In this document: positions 26,801 to 38,221 of the stretch, piece by piece | Layout of the letters: each line of letters begins with the position of its first letter | Position numbering within the stretch: position 1 is the first letter of the stretch | Program-made: the position numbers and the translations under genes | Origin: Yuukianura sp. NJ FZ-2021 | Taxonomy: Eukaryota | Direction: 5' to 3' | Assembly: GCA_046563655.1 (NCBI GenBank) | Contig: CM102283.1 | Span: 8,680,001-8,744,000, forward strand | DNA: 64,000 bases | Notes under the pieces: generated by a model | Database searches by the model: none | Seen by the model: the letters and a program-made list of their open reading frames with translations, nothing else | What the model was told of the DNA's origin: nothing

Positions 26801-29285
26801 ACATGCTTCTTGCAATACAACCATTTCTAAGTTTGTTACTCAAAGCAAAACCATGATGATACACCGTAAACCCAAACAAATCCATGACCAAAACCATGAT
26901 TAGACAAAACACGATGCTAACTTGAAGCTTTTAGCATAAAAACCAAAGACATAAGCAATGCTCGGCTGTGATTACTTTTAATTAGTTTAAAGCATCACGA
27001 CACACACCCTGCAGCATCTACTTACGAACACTTTTCACATTCTTAATTGGATTTCGGCGCCAAATCTTCACTTTGGTTGCATTGTCTACAATTGAGTAGA
27101 ATCCGCAGCAAAAATTACACAAAAATGTAAAAATTAGAAAATATTGTGGACACAGTGTTATTAAGATGTTTCAACAATAAGAGTAACTGGACACTATTTT
27201 TGTTTCTTTTCAACTCACGTGGTTGTACTGGCAAAATGTACTTGGCACAAACATTCTTCCGTATAAGTTCTTGTACTGTGTACATCGTTTTGTTTACGAA
27301 TGGCAAGCAAATCATCTTCTCCTTAATTTCATTTTCGTTTTCATTTCGCAGCATAGCTGACTCAGGAGCCCATGGACCAAAATCCGGGCATTTCTCCACA
27401 CAGACCTAAAATTATCATCAGCATTCCATAAATCACAAAAATCATTAATTACTTAAGAATTTGGTAAACTTACCTGCCACGTAGGACATCCGTTAATCAA
27501 AACTTTTGGAGAAGCACATCGAGTAATGTCAAAGAAGTACAGGAATGGTTTGTTCTTGACGTCTTCGTCCAGTCCGCATTTTCTTCCCCAGCTATCAACA
27601 GGATGAACCAAAATACTGGGATCACCTTTCTTCAACGCTGAAAATTAAATTGAGTAATCGATTACTTTGGTGTATATAACATGAAATTCAAAAATCGTTT
27701 TATAAACGATTTTACTTACCGATTACGGCAATGACACCCCATCCAATTAAAAATACGATGAAGAAAAGGAGACATATGACGTCCGTGCATCCACGATTCT
27801 TAATCGGTCCAGTAAATTTCGGATCAAATTCATGAGGCGGTCCTGTAAAAAATCAAAATAAAGTATAAATCAATTAAGTAATCGAATTAATCGTTTTGCT
27901 ACAGAATATACCGTGTTGTTCCTGAATATGAAACTGTTCTACTTGGTCGTGCTGAAGTGGAGGCATTTTGGGGATGTCCGTTCTCAGACAAAGCCAAAAG
28001 TGACCTTATTGCCACTTCTAATGTTTAGTCATCAAATCCTGGCGTGCAAAAACTAATGTTATGAACTTATCGACTGAAGTCAACGATTGAACTGGTTTAA
28101 TAGGCACGCCGGAAGTGGTATTGTGGTCATTTATGATAAATTGGCACTTGGTTTTTAGTGTGATACTGATTGATGAGTCTTTCTGGATTGTGAATAGCAA
28201 CACTCTTGCAGAAACATCTCCAGTCACCTTCACCGCTTCATCTTACGGCTATTACTTCCTGGGTTCCGTTAGAAACTGTTGCAGAACTTAAGAATTTAAA
28301 GTAATTGAACCTGTCAGGAATCTGTTTAGTTAAATTTTTAAACAAAAAAATGTCCTTCCAGACTCACTTCGTTCTAATGAGCGTCTGTTAGTGCCAAAGT
28401 ATCCATAAATAAACACGTCAGTTCCAATGCATCAGTCATCGACACTTTACTAAATTTTAGTATGTGGTTTGTGGATCCCCAATTGCAAAACATACCTTGC
28501 ATTGAATGTGTTGCAAGGGAAATACTGCCACCCTTCCAGTAAACCTCTAATTTCGTTTACTTTGATTACGCTTAATTGCACGTTCGTTCCTCAGAACATG
28601 GTCGTTAAGTTAGTAAAAGTTGGATCGTTAAATCAATTCATGACGCACTTCTGTCATTTGCTAAAGTGCTAAAGGTTGTTGCAGTCGGCAAAATCAAAAC
28701 AAGATGGACTCGAACTATACGTAGACTGGAACGGCAGGGCCATGACTTAGGTTTTTCTTATTGCCGATGACCTGTTGACATTCAGTGGACCAAGTCTATT
28801 GTTAACTGCTAGCAACACACGGAAGTTAAGATGTTAAGTTAAGAATCCCGACAATGTAAAGTTCATAGTATTTCTTACAAGCTGACAAAAGTTTATATGC
28901 CGACTTCTAAATTGATGAATCTAACAATGGTAATCATGATAATTTGCGTTTGACGTATGACCTACATCCCTCTCTGACGTCGCTGGTGCGAAAACCTTAT
29001 GCTTAAAACCATCTTCTCCATACTGCCTGTCGTGCCTGTTGCCATCATCCTGTTCCTGTTCATTTTATACCAACAAAAAGTGAACGTAACCTTGGAATTT
29101 ACCACACTTTTTGCACTTTCATTGCAAATTCGACCTCTAAAAATATTCCGCACGATTAATTATGTATGATATGAGTATACTGCATAGTAACAATTACCGT
29201 ATCTACGATCCACTTCGTCCATCATCATCTCCCCAGCTTCATCCCCTTCGTCGCCATTCACTGTCCCCACCTTCCCTTTTCCCAT
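23829..29285 (-). CDS. Choline transporter-like protein (SLC44/CTL family); alternative first coding exons 29285-29198 or 27966-27912; stop at 23829
   Basis: [85 protein letters not shown] and DGSPEKPYYM are typical CTL2/CTL4 motifs. Confidence 0.95.
25643..26303. repeat. 59-bp tandem satellite, ~11 copies, inside an SLC44 intron
   Basis: Unit AGTAGGAAAATCACTCTTTCTAAATAACATAATTCCAAATTCCAAAAAGTTAAAAGTTT repeated almost perfectly, with one variant copy near 25980. Confidence 0.98.
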
Positions 29286-29734
29286 TCTCCCTGTCCCTAC
29301 TTTAATTGGAGCTTAACTCCGTTAATCTCAATTAATCAATAATGAATCTGGAAGTGGTTAATTTGTAAAGGAAAACTAATTAAGCCAGTGCTAATTAACA
29401 CACTGACTTAACTACTAAACTACAAAACTAAAGTTGACCTCTGCAAATGTAAAAAATCCCGTTTGTAAACAAAAAAATCAAAACAAAAAATAAACTCCCC
29501 GAATTCTCCCCCTCCCTTTTCTCTCAAAATTCAAAATTCGCGGAAATTTTTTTATAGGCTGGTGAAAGCAGCTTGGCGTCACTTTCTCTCAAATTCAAAA
29601 AATTTCGAGTTGCAAATTACAAAAACTGTCTAAAATTTAAAAATTTTGTATTTTAGCTTAGCATGGCTTAATTTATGTGCTAAATTTTGAAGAATTGGTT
29701 TATTTTTATACTGGTACATACAATTTTAGGTTGA

Positions 29735-30552
29735 TTATTGATCGAAATCTACTAAAGGTTCAGACAAAGCGACAATAAAAGTTTTCACTTTGTCTTTGAT
29801 GTTGTGTTGTTTTGGATTTTTCTTCTTTGAACTTTGACCTGTATTGTTTTTGATGAAGTTGATTGGTGATCCAGTCGGTAGAGACACAGAGCCCATTCCA
29901 GGCAGTGACGGAATAGGAATAAATCCAGTAGCATTGGGTTTGATGGCAATTACACAGTAAGATCTCGTTGGTTTTTTCCCGCCTTTGCATAACCGTTTAC
30001 CTTTGACCTTACAGACGTTGACCTGTTTGTCCTTTTCAACTATGGGTTTGATTGAAGGTGTGCCTGGAACCATGTTGGACTCGGGAGCAACACAGGCCGA
30101 AGTGTCTACGTCGGTTGCACTGCGACATTTCGAGTAGTCTATCCTGTTTTGCTGAAATCAAAATTTTGAAAAACTTGATTTTTTCAAAATTTCACCAATT
30201 CTTTGTTTCGTTTTTTACCGAACAGTAACATCGTCCCATGATGCAGTATGCGGTGGAACTCATTTGCTGAAGTGTTGGTTTCCGTAAACCATCTCTAAAA
30301 TTTCCCGCCTTTGTAGAAGATGGCGGGCAAACTTGTTCACACGGTCTTGCTGACAGGCAGTATGAAACGGAGGCCTAAAAATAACAATTTCAAAAAAGAA
30401 AGTTCAGAATTTAAGAATTTCACAAAAAATGTTTCAATTTTTCGGAATTTTGTTTTTAGAAAAGTAAAATTTACGCTTTTACGGAGCTGCCCAAAGTCAA
30501 TGTTTTGAAGAATTGTAACAAAAATCAAAAGTGCTGAACGTCCGAAAAACAT
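29735..30552 (-). CDS. Uncharacterised, probably secreted Cys-rich basic protein, 3 exons
   Basis: MFFGRSALLIFVTILQ (signal-like) | ASVSYCLSARPCEQVCPP...AYCIMGRCYCS | QNRIDYSKCRS...SACVAP...VCKVKGKRLCKGGKKPTRSYCVIAI. Both introns are phase-0 GT-AG. Confidence 0.7.
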
Positions 30553-30813
30553 TTTCGCAAAAGCTGCATTTTCTGCAACAAACCAACGCTAGATCAAACT
30601 AAATTTTCGTAATCGCTGCGTACACAAATATTTATAAGGTTCCATTGACACACATTCGTCCAATGATACAACACCCATTATGCGTACATATTAACGCAAA
30701 TTTCTTAACGCAAACTAGTTACATTAATACATAATTACTAATTAATTAATTACTAATTTAACATAACTTCTGATAATTTTTATTCTTGTGTGCACAGAAT
30801 GTTGCACAAAAAT

Positions 30814-30827
30814 GTTCCCATGCCGAC
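30814..30827 (+). promoter_or_regulatory. Degenerate X-box (RFX site) upstream of the adenylate-kinase-like gene
   Basis: GTTCCCATGCCGAC compared with consensus GTTNCC-AT-GGNAAC; two mismatches in the right half-site. Confidence 0.3.
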
Positions 30828-31043
30828 GAAATAATTCTTTCATGAATTCATTGTGCAAATGCCTTCTTGTCAATAACTTTTATTTTTGAATTTTGATTTT
30901 GAGCACAAAAGGTAAAGTTATGAGTTGTGTATTTTGAAACATGATTTCAAAATTTTATGTTCAAAAGGTCAAAGGTCACTGCTGCTACACTTGATTTAAT
31001 GCATTTCTACCAACTCCTGATTCCTCATAGTCCAACTTTTCAA

Positions 31044-31961
31044 ATGGGCGGACGACTCACGAGGTTCATGCACCAAGTTCAGAAAATGAACGAAGTAAGT
31101 TTTCCAAAAAAAAAATCTGCCTTTTTTTTCAAAAAAAATATTTTTTTTTCTAACTTTTTACAAACTAACAAGCTTTCTGTTCCGTAGAGGTACGCCATTG
31201 ACGTCATAAAAGAAATGCAGACAAAACGGTGTCCGATATTCTGGGTTTTAGGCAAGTCCAAAACTTTGTGAAACTTTTCAGACAAAAATTTTCAGATTCA
31301 TTTCGAAATTTTTAAAAACCTAGGTGGACCGTGTTCTGGAAAGACAATGTTGTGTACGCGGATAGCCAGGAGATACAACTTCCATCACATCAACTTGGAC
31401 CAACTTCTGAGAGAAGATTTGACACGAACTGACGAATGGCGTGACATTTGTGAAGCTGATGGAAAAATGATGCTGTTGCCAAGGGAGTACATCATTGGAC
31501 TCATCCAGGAAGAAGTCCAAGTCAATTGCTTCAATTGTCGCGGATTTCTGCTGGAAGGATATCCACGCAGTGTCAGTCAAGCTGAAGAACTCGTCAGAGA
31601 AGTAATCCAACCAAAAAGTCAAAATTTCAATTTTGAAAATTTTATTTTTGAAAATATCATTTTTCAGGTCGGTCCTCCCTGTGCCGTATTTTATTTCCAC
31701 ACGTCGCTTCATACAATGAAAGTGCGACTGAAGCATGAACGACCGTATTTGGCTCATGTTGGTCTCGGAGATGAGGCCAACTATATCAAAATCTACAGTT
31801 TTCTGAAATACTTTCATCCACTACTGGTCCAGTATCGAGACAAAGCAATTCGATTGGACACCGAGGGAACAGTGGACACAATATTTTTAAATCTTGCCTC
31901 CATTGTTCAAAGGATTCTCAAACAAAAGAAAATTCGAGTGCCAAAACGGATTTTGCAATAA
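31044..31961 (+). CDS. Divergent adenylate kinase/NMP kinase-like protein, 4 exons (start 31044, or 30999); includes a GC-AG intron at 31252-31323
   Basis: PIFWVLGGPCSGKT P-loop, YNFHHINLDQLLRE, GFLLEGYPRSVSQAE and IRLDTEGTVDTIF fit the AK1/UMP-CMP kinase fold. Confidence 0.85.
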
Positions 31962-32084
31962 AAAAAAAGTATGCAGACAATTCTTTGTAAAACTGTAAAA
32001 AATGGAACACTTTTCAAAGGAAACTTGATAGAAATTCAAAAATTCCGCAAATTTTTTTCTATTATCGTAAAACATCAAATTGCA

Positions 32085-32098
32085 GTTGCCATGGCAAC
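32085..32098. promoter_or_regulatory. Perfect palindromic X-box (RFX binding site)
   Basis: GTTGCCATGGCAAC, ending ~190 bp before the ATG at 32286. Confidence 0.75.
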
Positions 32099-32285
32099 GG
32101 CAAAATGGTTTTCGAATTTCAGCGTCATTTGTTGCTTTGTTTTCAACTGTGGATTTGCATGTCTCGGGAAAATTTTTGACTCCTCAAGAATCATCGCATC
32201 GCTGATTTCAGATTTTGGTCGAATTTGACCTTGACGCAGATTATTTTTGAAAAGTTTTTGAAATTTTGAATCAATTGGAATCAAA

Positions 32286-33925
32286 ATGTGCTGCAGTCAC
32301 AACAACTGTTGTTGCTTGTGTGCCTTCATGTACACTGTGTTCTACAGTTGTCTCCATTTCCTCAAGGGATTGGCCCTCTTACTGCCACTTCTAGTAAGCA
32401 CTGCAAATTCAAAATTTTGATTTCAAACTCTCAAAATTTCAAATTTTGATTTCAGATTCATGAAATTCTGTTGTTCTCTATCAACACCTCGATCTGTGTA
32501 GGACTGACAGCGATTTTGTCCTTCTTCCATGAAATTTGTTGGTATCGCCCGCTGCCCGCTGATGTGCAGGCAGTTTTGGCACTCGTTTTTCTGACAGCAT
32601 TCGGTGAAGCTTCGACGCTCATGCTCCGATCATCGTACATCCTCAAGTACTACAAGAAACAACTACGCCAGTATCCATGGATTACACGAACCGTAAATTT
32701 AAACCTCCAAAAAGTGAAAAATTTTGAAATTTTTTGAAATTTTTGCAAATTTTTTTCCCAGGTCACTTCTGTCTTTGGCCTGTTGACTGTTTCTGTGGCA
32801 GTGGCTCACTTGTACTTTGGCTACAAAAGTGCCCATCCTTCGTACTACATGGGATCGTACATCAGTGGTGACCTCCGGGTCAACGGTGACCTCGACAAGG
32901 TCGTTGACCCCGAGACGCTAAATTCCACTTCCACGTTTGTCGTGCTAATTAGTCTGTCGTATCTGACTTACGACCTTCCGCGTGTCACTGACTGGATGAT
33001 TTACCGCTTCCGAATGAACCCGATCGACCTTTATGTCCAGCTCGGCTCAAAACTTTATGTTGGCTACTTCGTAAGTTCCAAGAAAACTCAAAATTTTTGA
33101 AAAACTGAACTTTTTTTTTTCAAAATTTTTACTTTTTTCAGTTCATGCAGATCCTGCTTCTGGTTATCTATGCTGTACCGCTCCTTCTGCTGGCGTTTGC
33201 TTTGCACTTTGTAGAGTTATCTCCAGTCTACGTTTTTCCAGTGCTCGTTTTGAATGGGATTGGAATCGGCATTAACGTGGCGCACCTTGAAAACATTTAC
33301 ATTTCGCGCTACGGTCACATGCAACGTCCAAATTTTCCTTACGAAGTATGTCAAAGTCACTCTTTTCCTCAAAATTTCAAAATTTTGTTCAAAATTTGCT
33401 ATGAAGCTGACTTGGGGAATTGAAATTTTGAAATTTTAGAACTGCCTGGCAACGCGCGTGAATTTGTTCCAGTACATCTTGGTTCCATCAGTTGCAGTTG
33501 CTTACTATGGCACTGGACCAATCCGCACGCTCCATCCAGAAGGCCAATTCTATCTGTACACTCTACTGATCTCATTGGCTGCTCTCCAGGCAACCAAGTG
33601 CATTTTTACCAACTACTACAAGCATGCTGTCAACCAAATTCGGCGCATGCTCAGAGACAACCGTCTGCGCATGTTCCTCCAAGACCTGCAAGAAGCCCAG
33701 GCAAATGCAGACGAAGCAGAAATTGTTCAAATTGAGGATACTCCGGAAGAATGTGCTGCTGAGTTGGACAAGAATGCGAACAATCCAGTGCCTAAAGATG
33801 CTGCTAAGCAGCAATCAGCCAATCAGATGCTGGATCAAATTTTAGAAAATGTTCAAACAGAACAGCCCCCTCCAGAATCTGGAGGCGATCTGGCCAAACC
33901 GGAGGAGAAACCGTTCCAACCTTAA
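32286..33925 (+). CDS. Uncharacterised multi-pass membrane protein A (~447 aa, ~9 hydrophobic segments, acidic C-tail); exons 32286-32393, 32456-32692, 32762-33070, 33142-33345, 33440-33925
   Basis: Four phase-0 GT-AG introns give a continuous ORF. Cys-rich N-terminus MCCSHNNCCCLC and many hydrophobic stretches; no family recognised. Confidence 0.8.
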
Positions 33926-34269
33926 AAAGTTACAAAAAAAAAAAAAAGAAAGCAAATCAACGTATATAAGTTCTTTCAAAATTCAACTTTTACTGAAATT
34001 CCTTAAGGACGTGTGTTATGCGTCTAATAAACAATAATCGTTAAATTTAGTAACCACGATAACGGAGCTTGTGCAGTTAGTAAAAGATGCAGACATCGAC
34101 AAAAAGAAACACCCTTAAGTGAGTGGTGAAAAAGGATCAGTGGAAAGATGATCAAAAAAAGTATGCACTTTGAAACAAACAAACTACTGACACAAGTTCG
34201 GTTGCCGTCGTCTGGGTTTTAAAATAACTTTTCCGAGACAGTGACATTGAAATTGAAAAATGGCGTGGC

Positions 34270-34517
34270 TCAGCGTAGGAAGGTCGTACAATGACCCACA
34301 ATATATCAAACTTTAGGAAAAGACTTGATCTAGTACCCTGTCGGAGAAAATTACACAATTTTAGTTCTAACTGTGAAAAAAATTGACTCAAACATTCCAC
34401 CCCCATATTTACATAGATAGAACTAAAATTTTGTAATTTTCTCCGACAGGGTACTAGATCAAGTCTTTTCCTAAAGTTTGATATATTGTTGGTCATTGTA
34501 CGACCTTCCTACGCTGA
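34270..34517. repeat. Long inverted repeat (foldback): 100-bp arms 34270-34369 and 34418-34517, 48-bp spacer
   Basis: TCAGCGTAGGAAGGTCGTACAATGACC...TTAGTTCTA is the reverse complement of TAGAACTAA...CCTTCCTACGCTGA with ~2 mismatches. Weaker complementarity extends ~25 bp outward. Confidence 0.93.
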
Positions 34518-34678
34518 TCCAGACCATTTTCCATTTGATGAGTTACAGCCGCATTTTGACCCCCCGTTTCCAGGGTGTTCGCACACCTTAAAAAACGAAA
34601 CTTTTTATAAGAGAGAAGAAATAAATTCAATGGTTCAAAAAATTTCTTGCTGCATTTCAAGTTTTTTGAAATTGAAAT

Positions 34679-34692
34679 GGTGCTATGGCAAC
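34679..34692. promoter_or_regulatory. X-box (RFX site) upstream of membrane protein B
   Basis: GGTGCTATGGCAAC, ~190 bp before the ATG at 34883, the same spacing as for paralog A. Confidence 0.6.
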
Positions 34693-34882
34693 CAAGATGC
34701 AGAATTTTGAGGCATTTTCCAAATTTGCAATTCGAAAACAATGTTGAGCAGTGCAGCAGCAGCAGCGTTTCAGTTTTAGTTCAACTGCAGCAGTCGTCGA
34801 AGGAAGTCGACGTTTTTTTTCTTAGTTTAGAATTTGAAAAATCTTGAAATTTTTACATTTTTTGAACAAATTCGATTCCAAA

Positions 34883-37363
34883 ATGGCGAAAAAATCTAAA
34901 GAGAGACCAAAACGAAAAGATAAAGGAGCTCGGCTTGCCGATTCTGAAATGTCGTACCCACCACCTCAAGAACGACCACCAAAGGGTACCAGCCGGGTAC
35001 CGAAAAATAACAGTCAGGTTCCGAAAAATACCAGTGAAGTACCGAAATATACCAGTCAGGTACCGAAAGATACAAACCGGGTACCAGAGGATACCAATGA
35101 GGTACCGACGGGTACCAGTCAGCAGCAAGTACCGAAAGATACGACTCCGGTACCAGAAGACCAGCAGGCGACGAAAGATGAAAAACAGAAGGAGGGTTGT
35201 GGGAGCCATCTTTTGGGAGTGCTCATTCTATTCCCGCTTCTGGTACGCTTTGTACCAAAAACGAAACAAAAATTTTGAACATGCGCAGATTTCGGTTTTA
35301 ACTGCGAATTTTATAGATCTTCCACTTCCTTTGCTTCATTGTCATCTTAGCACTGGGCATCGGTGTCGGAATTTTGTCCGCCGTCATCCACGAGATTTTG
35401 TGGGACACAAAATTTGCAGCATTTTGGCAAACGTATGTCAAACTTAACAATTTTTCAAATTCAACTTCAACTTCAAAATTTTAAAAATCTAGTTTTTGAA
35501 AACTTAAAAATCGTTTTTTAGATATGTGACTCTCGTCAGCATCTACATTTGTGTCGAAATTTTCTTCCGTGTTGGATTTCACACGTCAATGAACAAATGG
35601 ATGAGTCGGCAGCAGGACAAGCATCGTATCGAACTCTATTACGTAAAACTGTCAAAATTAAAAAAAAACTTTTCAATTTTTTCAAAATAACGTTGTTTTT
35701 TTTTTTAGATTCCGCGTGGATTGTACGCCTTGGGCTACATGGCGGCAATCTGTCTCCTCTACTACGCTTACCAAGGATCTCACACGGTGGTGGTTACTAG
35801 AAATACTGGCAGTATCACCACAGTTGCTCCGAATGTCGCCAATACTTCAGCCGGCAACTCTACGACCACTACCACGACCACCACGACTACGACCACTGCC
35901 AAACCACCAGGTCGGAATTCGACTTTTGATGGAGAAGGTGACGATGCCAATGCTTGGAAGACGAATCCGTTGAGTCTGAGTCCAACTGAAGACTACTTCC
36001 ACTATTCCATGATCTTCTTCATCTCATTGTGTTACATGATGTACACAATCTCAAAAGAAAATGACTGGATCACCCATCGACGAACAGTGATGGAACAGAA
36101 TCATCCAGATCCCGTCCTGCGCGGAGGAGTCACGACATTCATCCTCTTTCTTGTAAGTCTGCACATAATGTTCAAGTAGCATTGGATTTCCAAATTTCAA
36201 AGTTTGAAAACTTAGTTGAAAGTTTTTGAATTTTTGAACTTGAGGCTACTCATGCCGTGATGACGTTCATCTACATCCTGCCGCTCATCGGAACCGTTTT
36301 CCTGTGTCGGCAATTTCGGTTGGGTCCGATCTTGACATTTTCTGCCGGTAACTTGAATCTGCATTCAAAACCAATTTTGATTAGTTGTTAAAAAGTCTCA
36401 AAAGTTGCAACTTTTAAGTTGAAATTTACGAAATTAGGGAATTCTTTATGAAATTTTTCAATTTTTAGGAATTTTCATGGCCATCTTGGTTGGACTTGGA
36501 GCGTTGTATATCGAACGTCGTCGTCCGTTTCCGACTAAACCAATGCGTCCACCAGGATTTGCTTTTGAGGTAGCCAGAAACTTCTGAAATTCATAAAAAT
36601 CTAAATTTATTAACAAAAAAAATAATTTTTTTTTCAAAATTTCAGAATCACCTTCGAATTCGACTTGCTTTTCTCCAGCTCGGTTTACTTCCTTTGGCAG
36701 CGTAAGGCTAAACAGGCAAAAAAAAACTTTGCGACAAACGCAAGTTTGCGACTTTTTTAAATTCTGAATTTTTTTTAAATTCTTACCGCCAATGTTCATT
36801 TCAGCGGACGATACTTCGATGCCAATCGAGCGATTGTGCTGGATTCCGAAAACGACGATTTCCTCATGTTCGTCGGAGAAGTTTCAATTGGAGTCGTCCA
36901 GGTTCTGAAGATCTTCGGTAACGATTTGTTCATGCTCAAGGCCAAATACTGTTCAGCAAAGGACAAAGAATCCAAAGTGCCTGGAAAAGTGCTGGTAGAA
37001 GATGGAATGGAGTTTCCTTATCCTTATGTTGGAAGTGAAAGTTTGATCAGCCTCACCCAAAGTACTCAGACGCTTAACGGCGAAGATGCCCCATCTGAAA
37101 TTGACATGAAAGATTCATACTCAAACTTCGAACCAGACGATGAACTGGACCAATCGATTAGTAGTCAGTACTTACCCGAAGCAGAGTCGAAACCAATCGT
37201 CGCTCCTGCCAAACCATCCGAAAGTGAGCCAGTAGTTGACGCTGAAAGTCGTCCAGCAGTTAATGCTGCTGAATCTCAAAGTAGTTCAGTAGTTGATGCT
37301 GAATCTGAATCTACCATTGCACCACCGGTACCAGCAGATGATGATGCTGCTGACGACGAATAA
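34883..37363 (+). CDS. Uncharacterised multi-pass membrane protein B, paralog of A, 8 exons, with N-terminal 7-aa repeats, a poly-Thr loop and an acidic tail
   Basis: Exons approx. 34883-35242, 35317-35432, 35522-35642, 35709-36152, 36245-36347, 36469-36569, 36646-36701 and 36805-37363 splice in frame via GT-AG. Aligns by eye to protein A. Confidence 0.8.
34985..35165 (+). repeat. Coding 21-bp tandem repeat (VP[K/E]xT[S/N]x units, ~8 copies) in exon 1 of protein B
   Basis: Recurrent GGTACC/GTACCGAAA units; translation VPKNNSQ VPKNTSE VPKYTSQ VPKDTNR VPEDTNE VPTGTSQ. Confidence 0.85.
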
Positions 37364-37756
37364 CCTCGCCTTATCTCTCAAAAGTAGAATACTGGCTACT
37401 GCCAGTACATCAAGCACTATTATCCTAAATTCTAAAACCTAAGCACAAGTATCGCTAATCACAGTTTATTCTCAAAATTCTCGAAACAGAAAACCTTCAG
37501 TTAGGGTTACAATTCCTGGAAAAACTTATCCCTGCCCTAACTTATTAATAAACCTGCGAACTTAAAAACGAAATGAAGTTTAAAATTATACGAGAAATTA
37601 ATAGAAGTTTAGACTTTGAAAACGTTACAAAAACGTTAAGCTTAACCTGTTAAATAATCTGCGTAAAGTGTAGTAAGTTAAACTTCTAGACGTGGATCTG
37701 AGGCATTAGTGGTAAAATGTAGTCCGTGTAGAGCTAAAGTTGTAAGGTGTAAGTTT

Positions 37757-38221
37757 TTAAGGGAACTCTCCATATCGTTGACGCAATTCATCCAATTCAA
37801 TTTGTCCATTTCTCAACTGTTCTCTAAGGTTAGCAACCTGTTTGGTTAGTATCTCCTCGTTGTACTTGACCAATAGAGTATCCCGCATCCGTAGTTGATT
37901 CTTTTCGGCTTCGAAGAATTTGATTTGCTCTTCAGTGGTAAGATGTTGGTACTTTTCTTTTGGCGTAGCGCTAACGAATTCTTCGGAGATCTCTTCCCAA
38001 CTATCGTCCAGAAACGATTGCAGCAGTTTCATCCGTAGTCCCTCCGTAGTCTGAAATTTCAAACCCAGTAATCGTTAAACACTACGTACGAGATAACCAG
38101 GAGCATAACATAACGTTTGATTCTCGAAAAACTTCCACAATCTGCGGTAAAGTTCAATAACCTTTTTAACTTCGGCGATCAGCTGGTCCACCGTGAGCTT
38201 CTTGTCCGATTTTTGGGCCAT
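37757..38221 (-). CDS. Small (~140 aa) coiled-coil protein of unknown function, 2 coding exons
   Basis: MAQKSDKKLTVDQLIAEVKK...APGYL | TTEGLRMKLL...LDELRQRYGEFP, joined by a very short GTACGT...TTTCAG intron; heptad-like C-terminus. Confidence 0.65.

Noticed and set aside
31320-31817. 165-aa antisense ORF, and similar shadow ORFs at 18154-18558, 34853-35209, 54278-54646 and 58767-59198
   Set aside because: Antisense shadows of real exons with no independent motifs.
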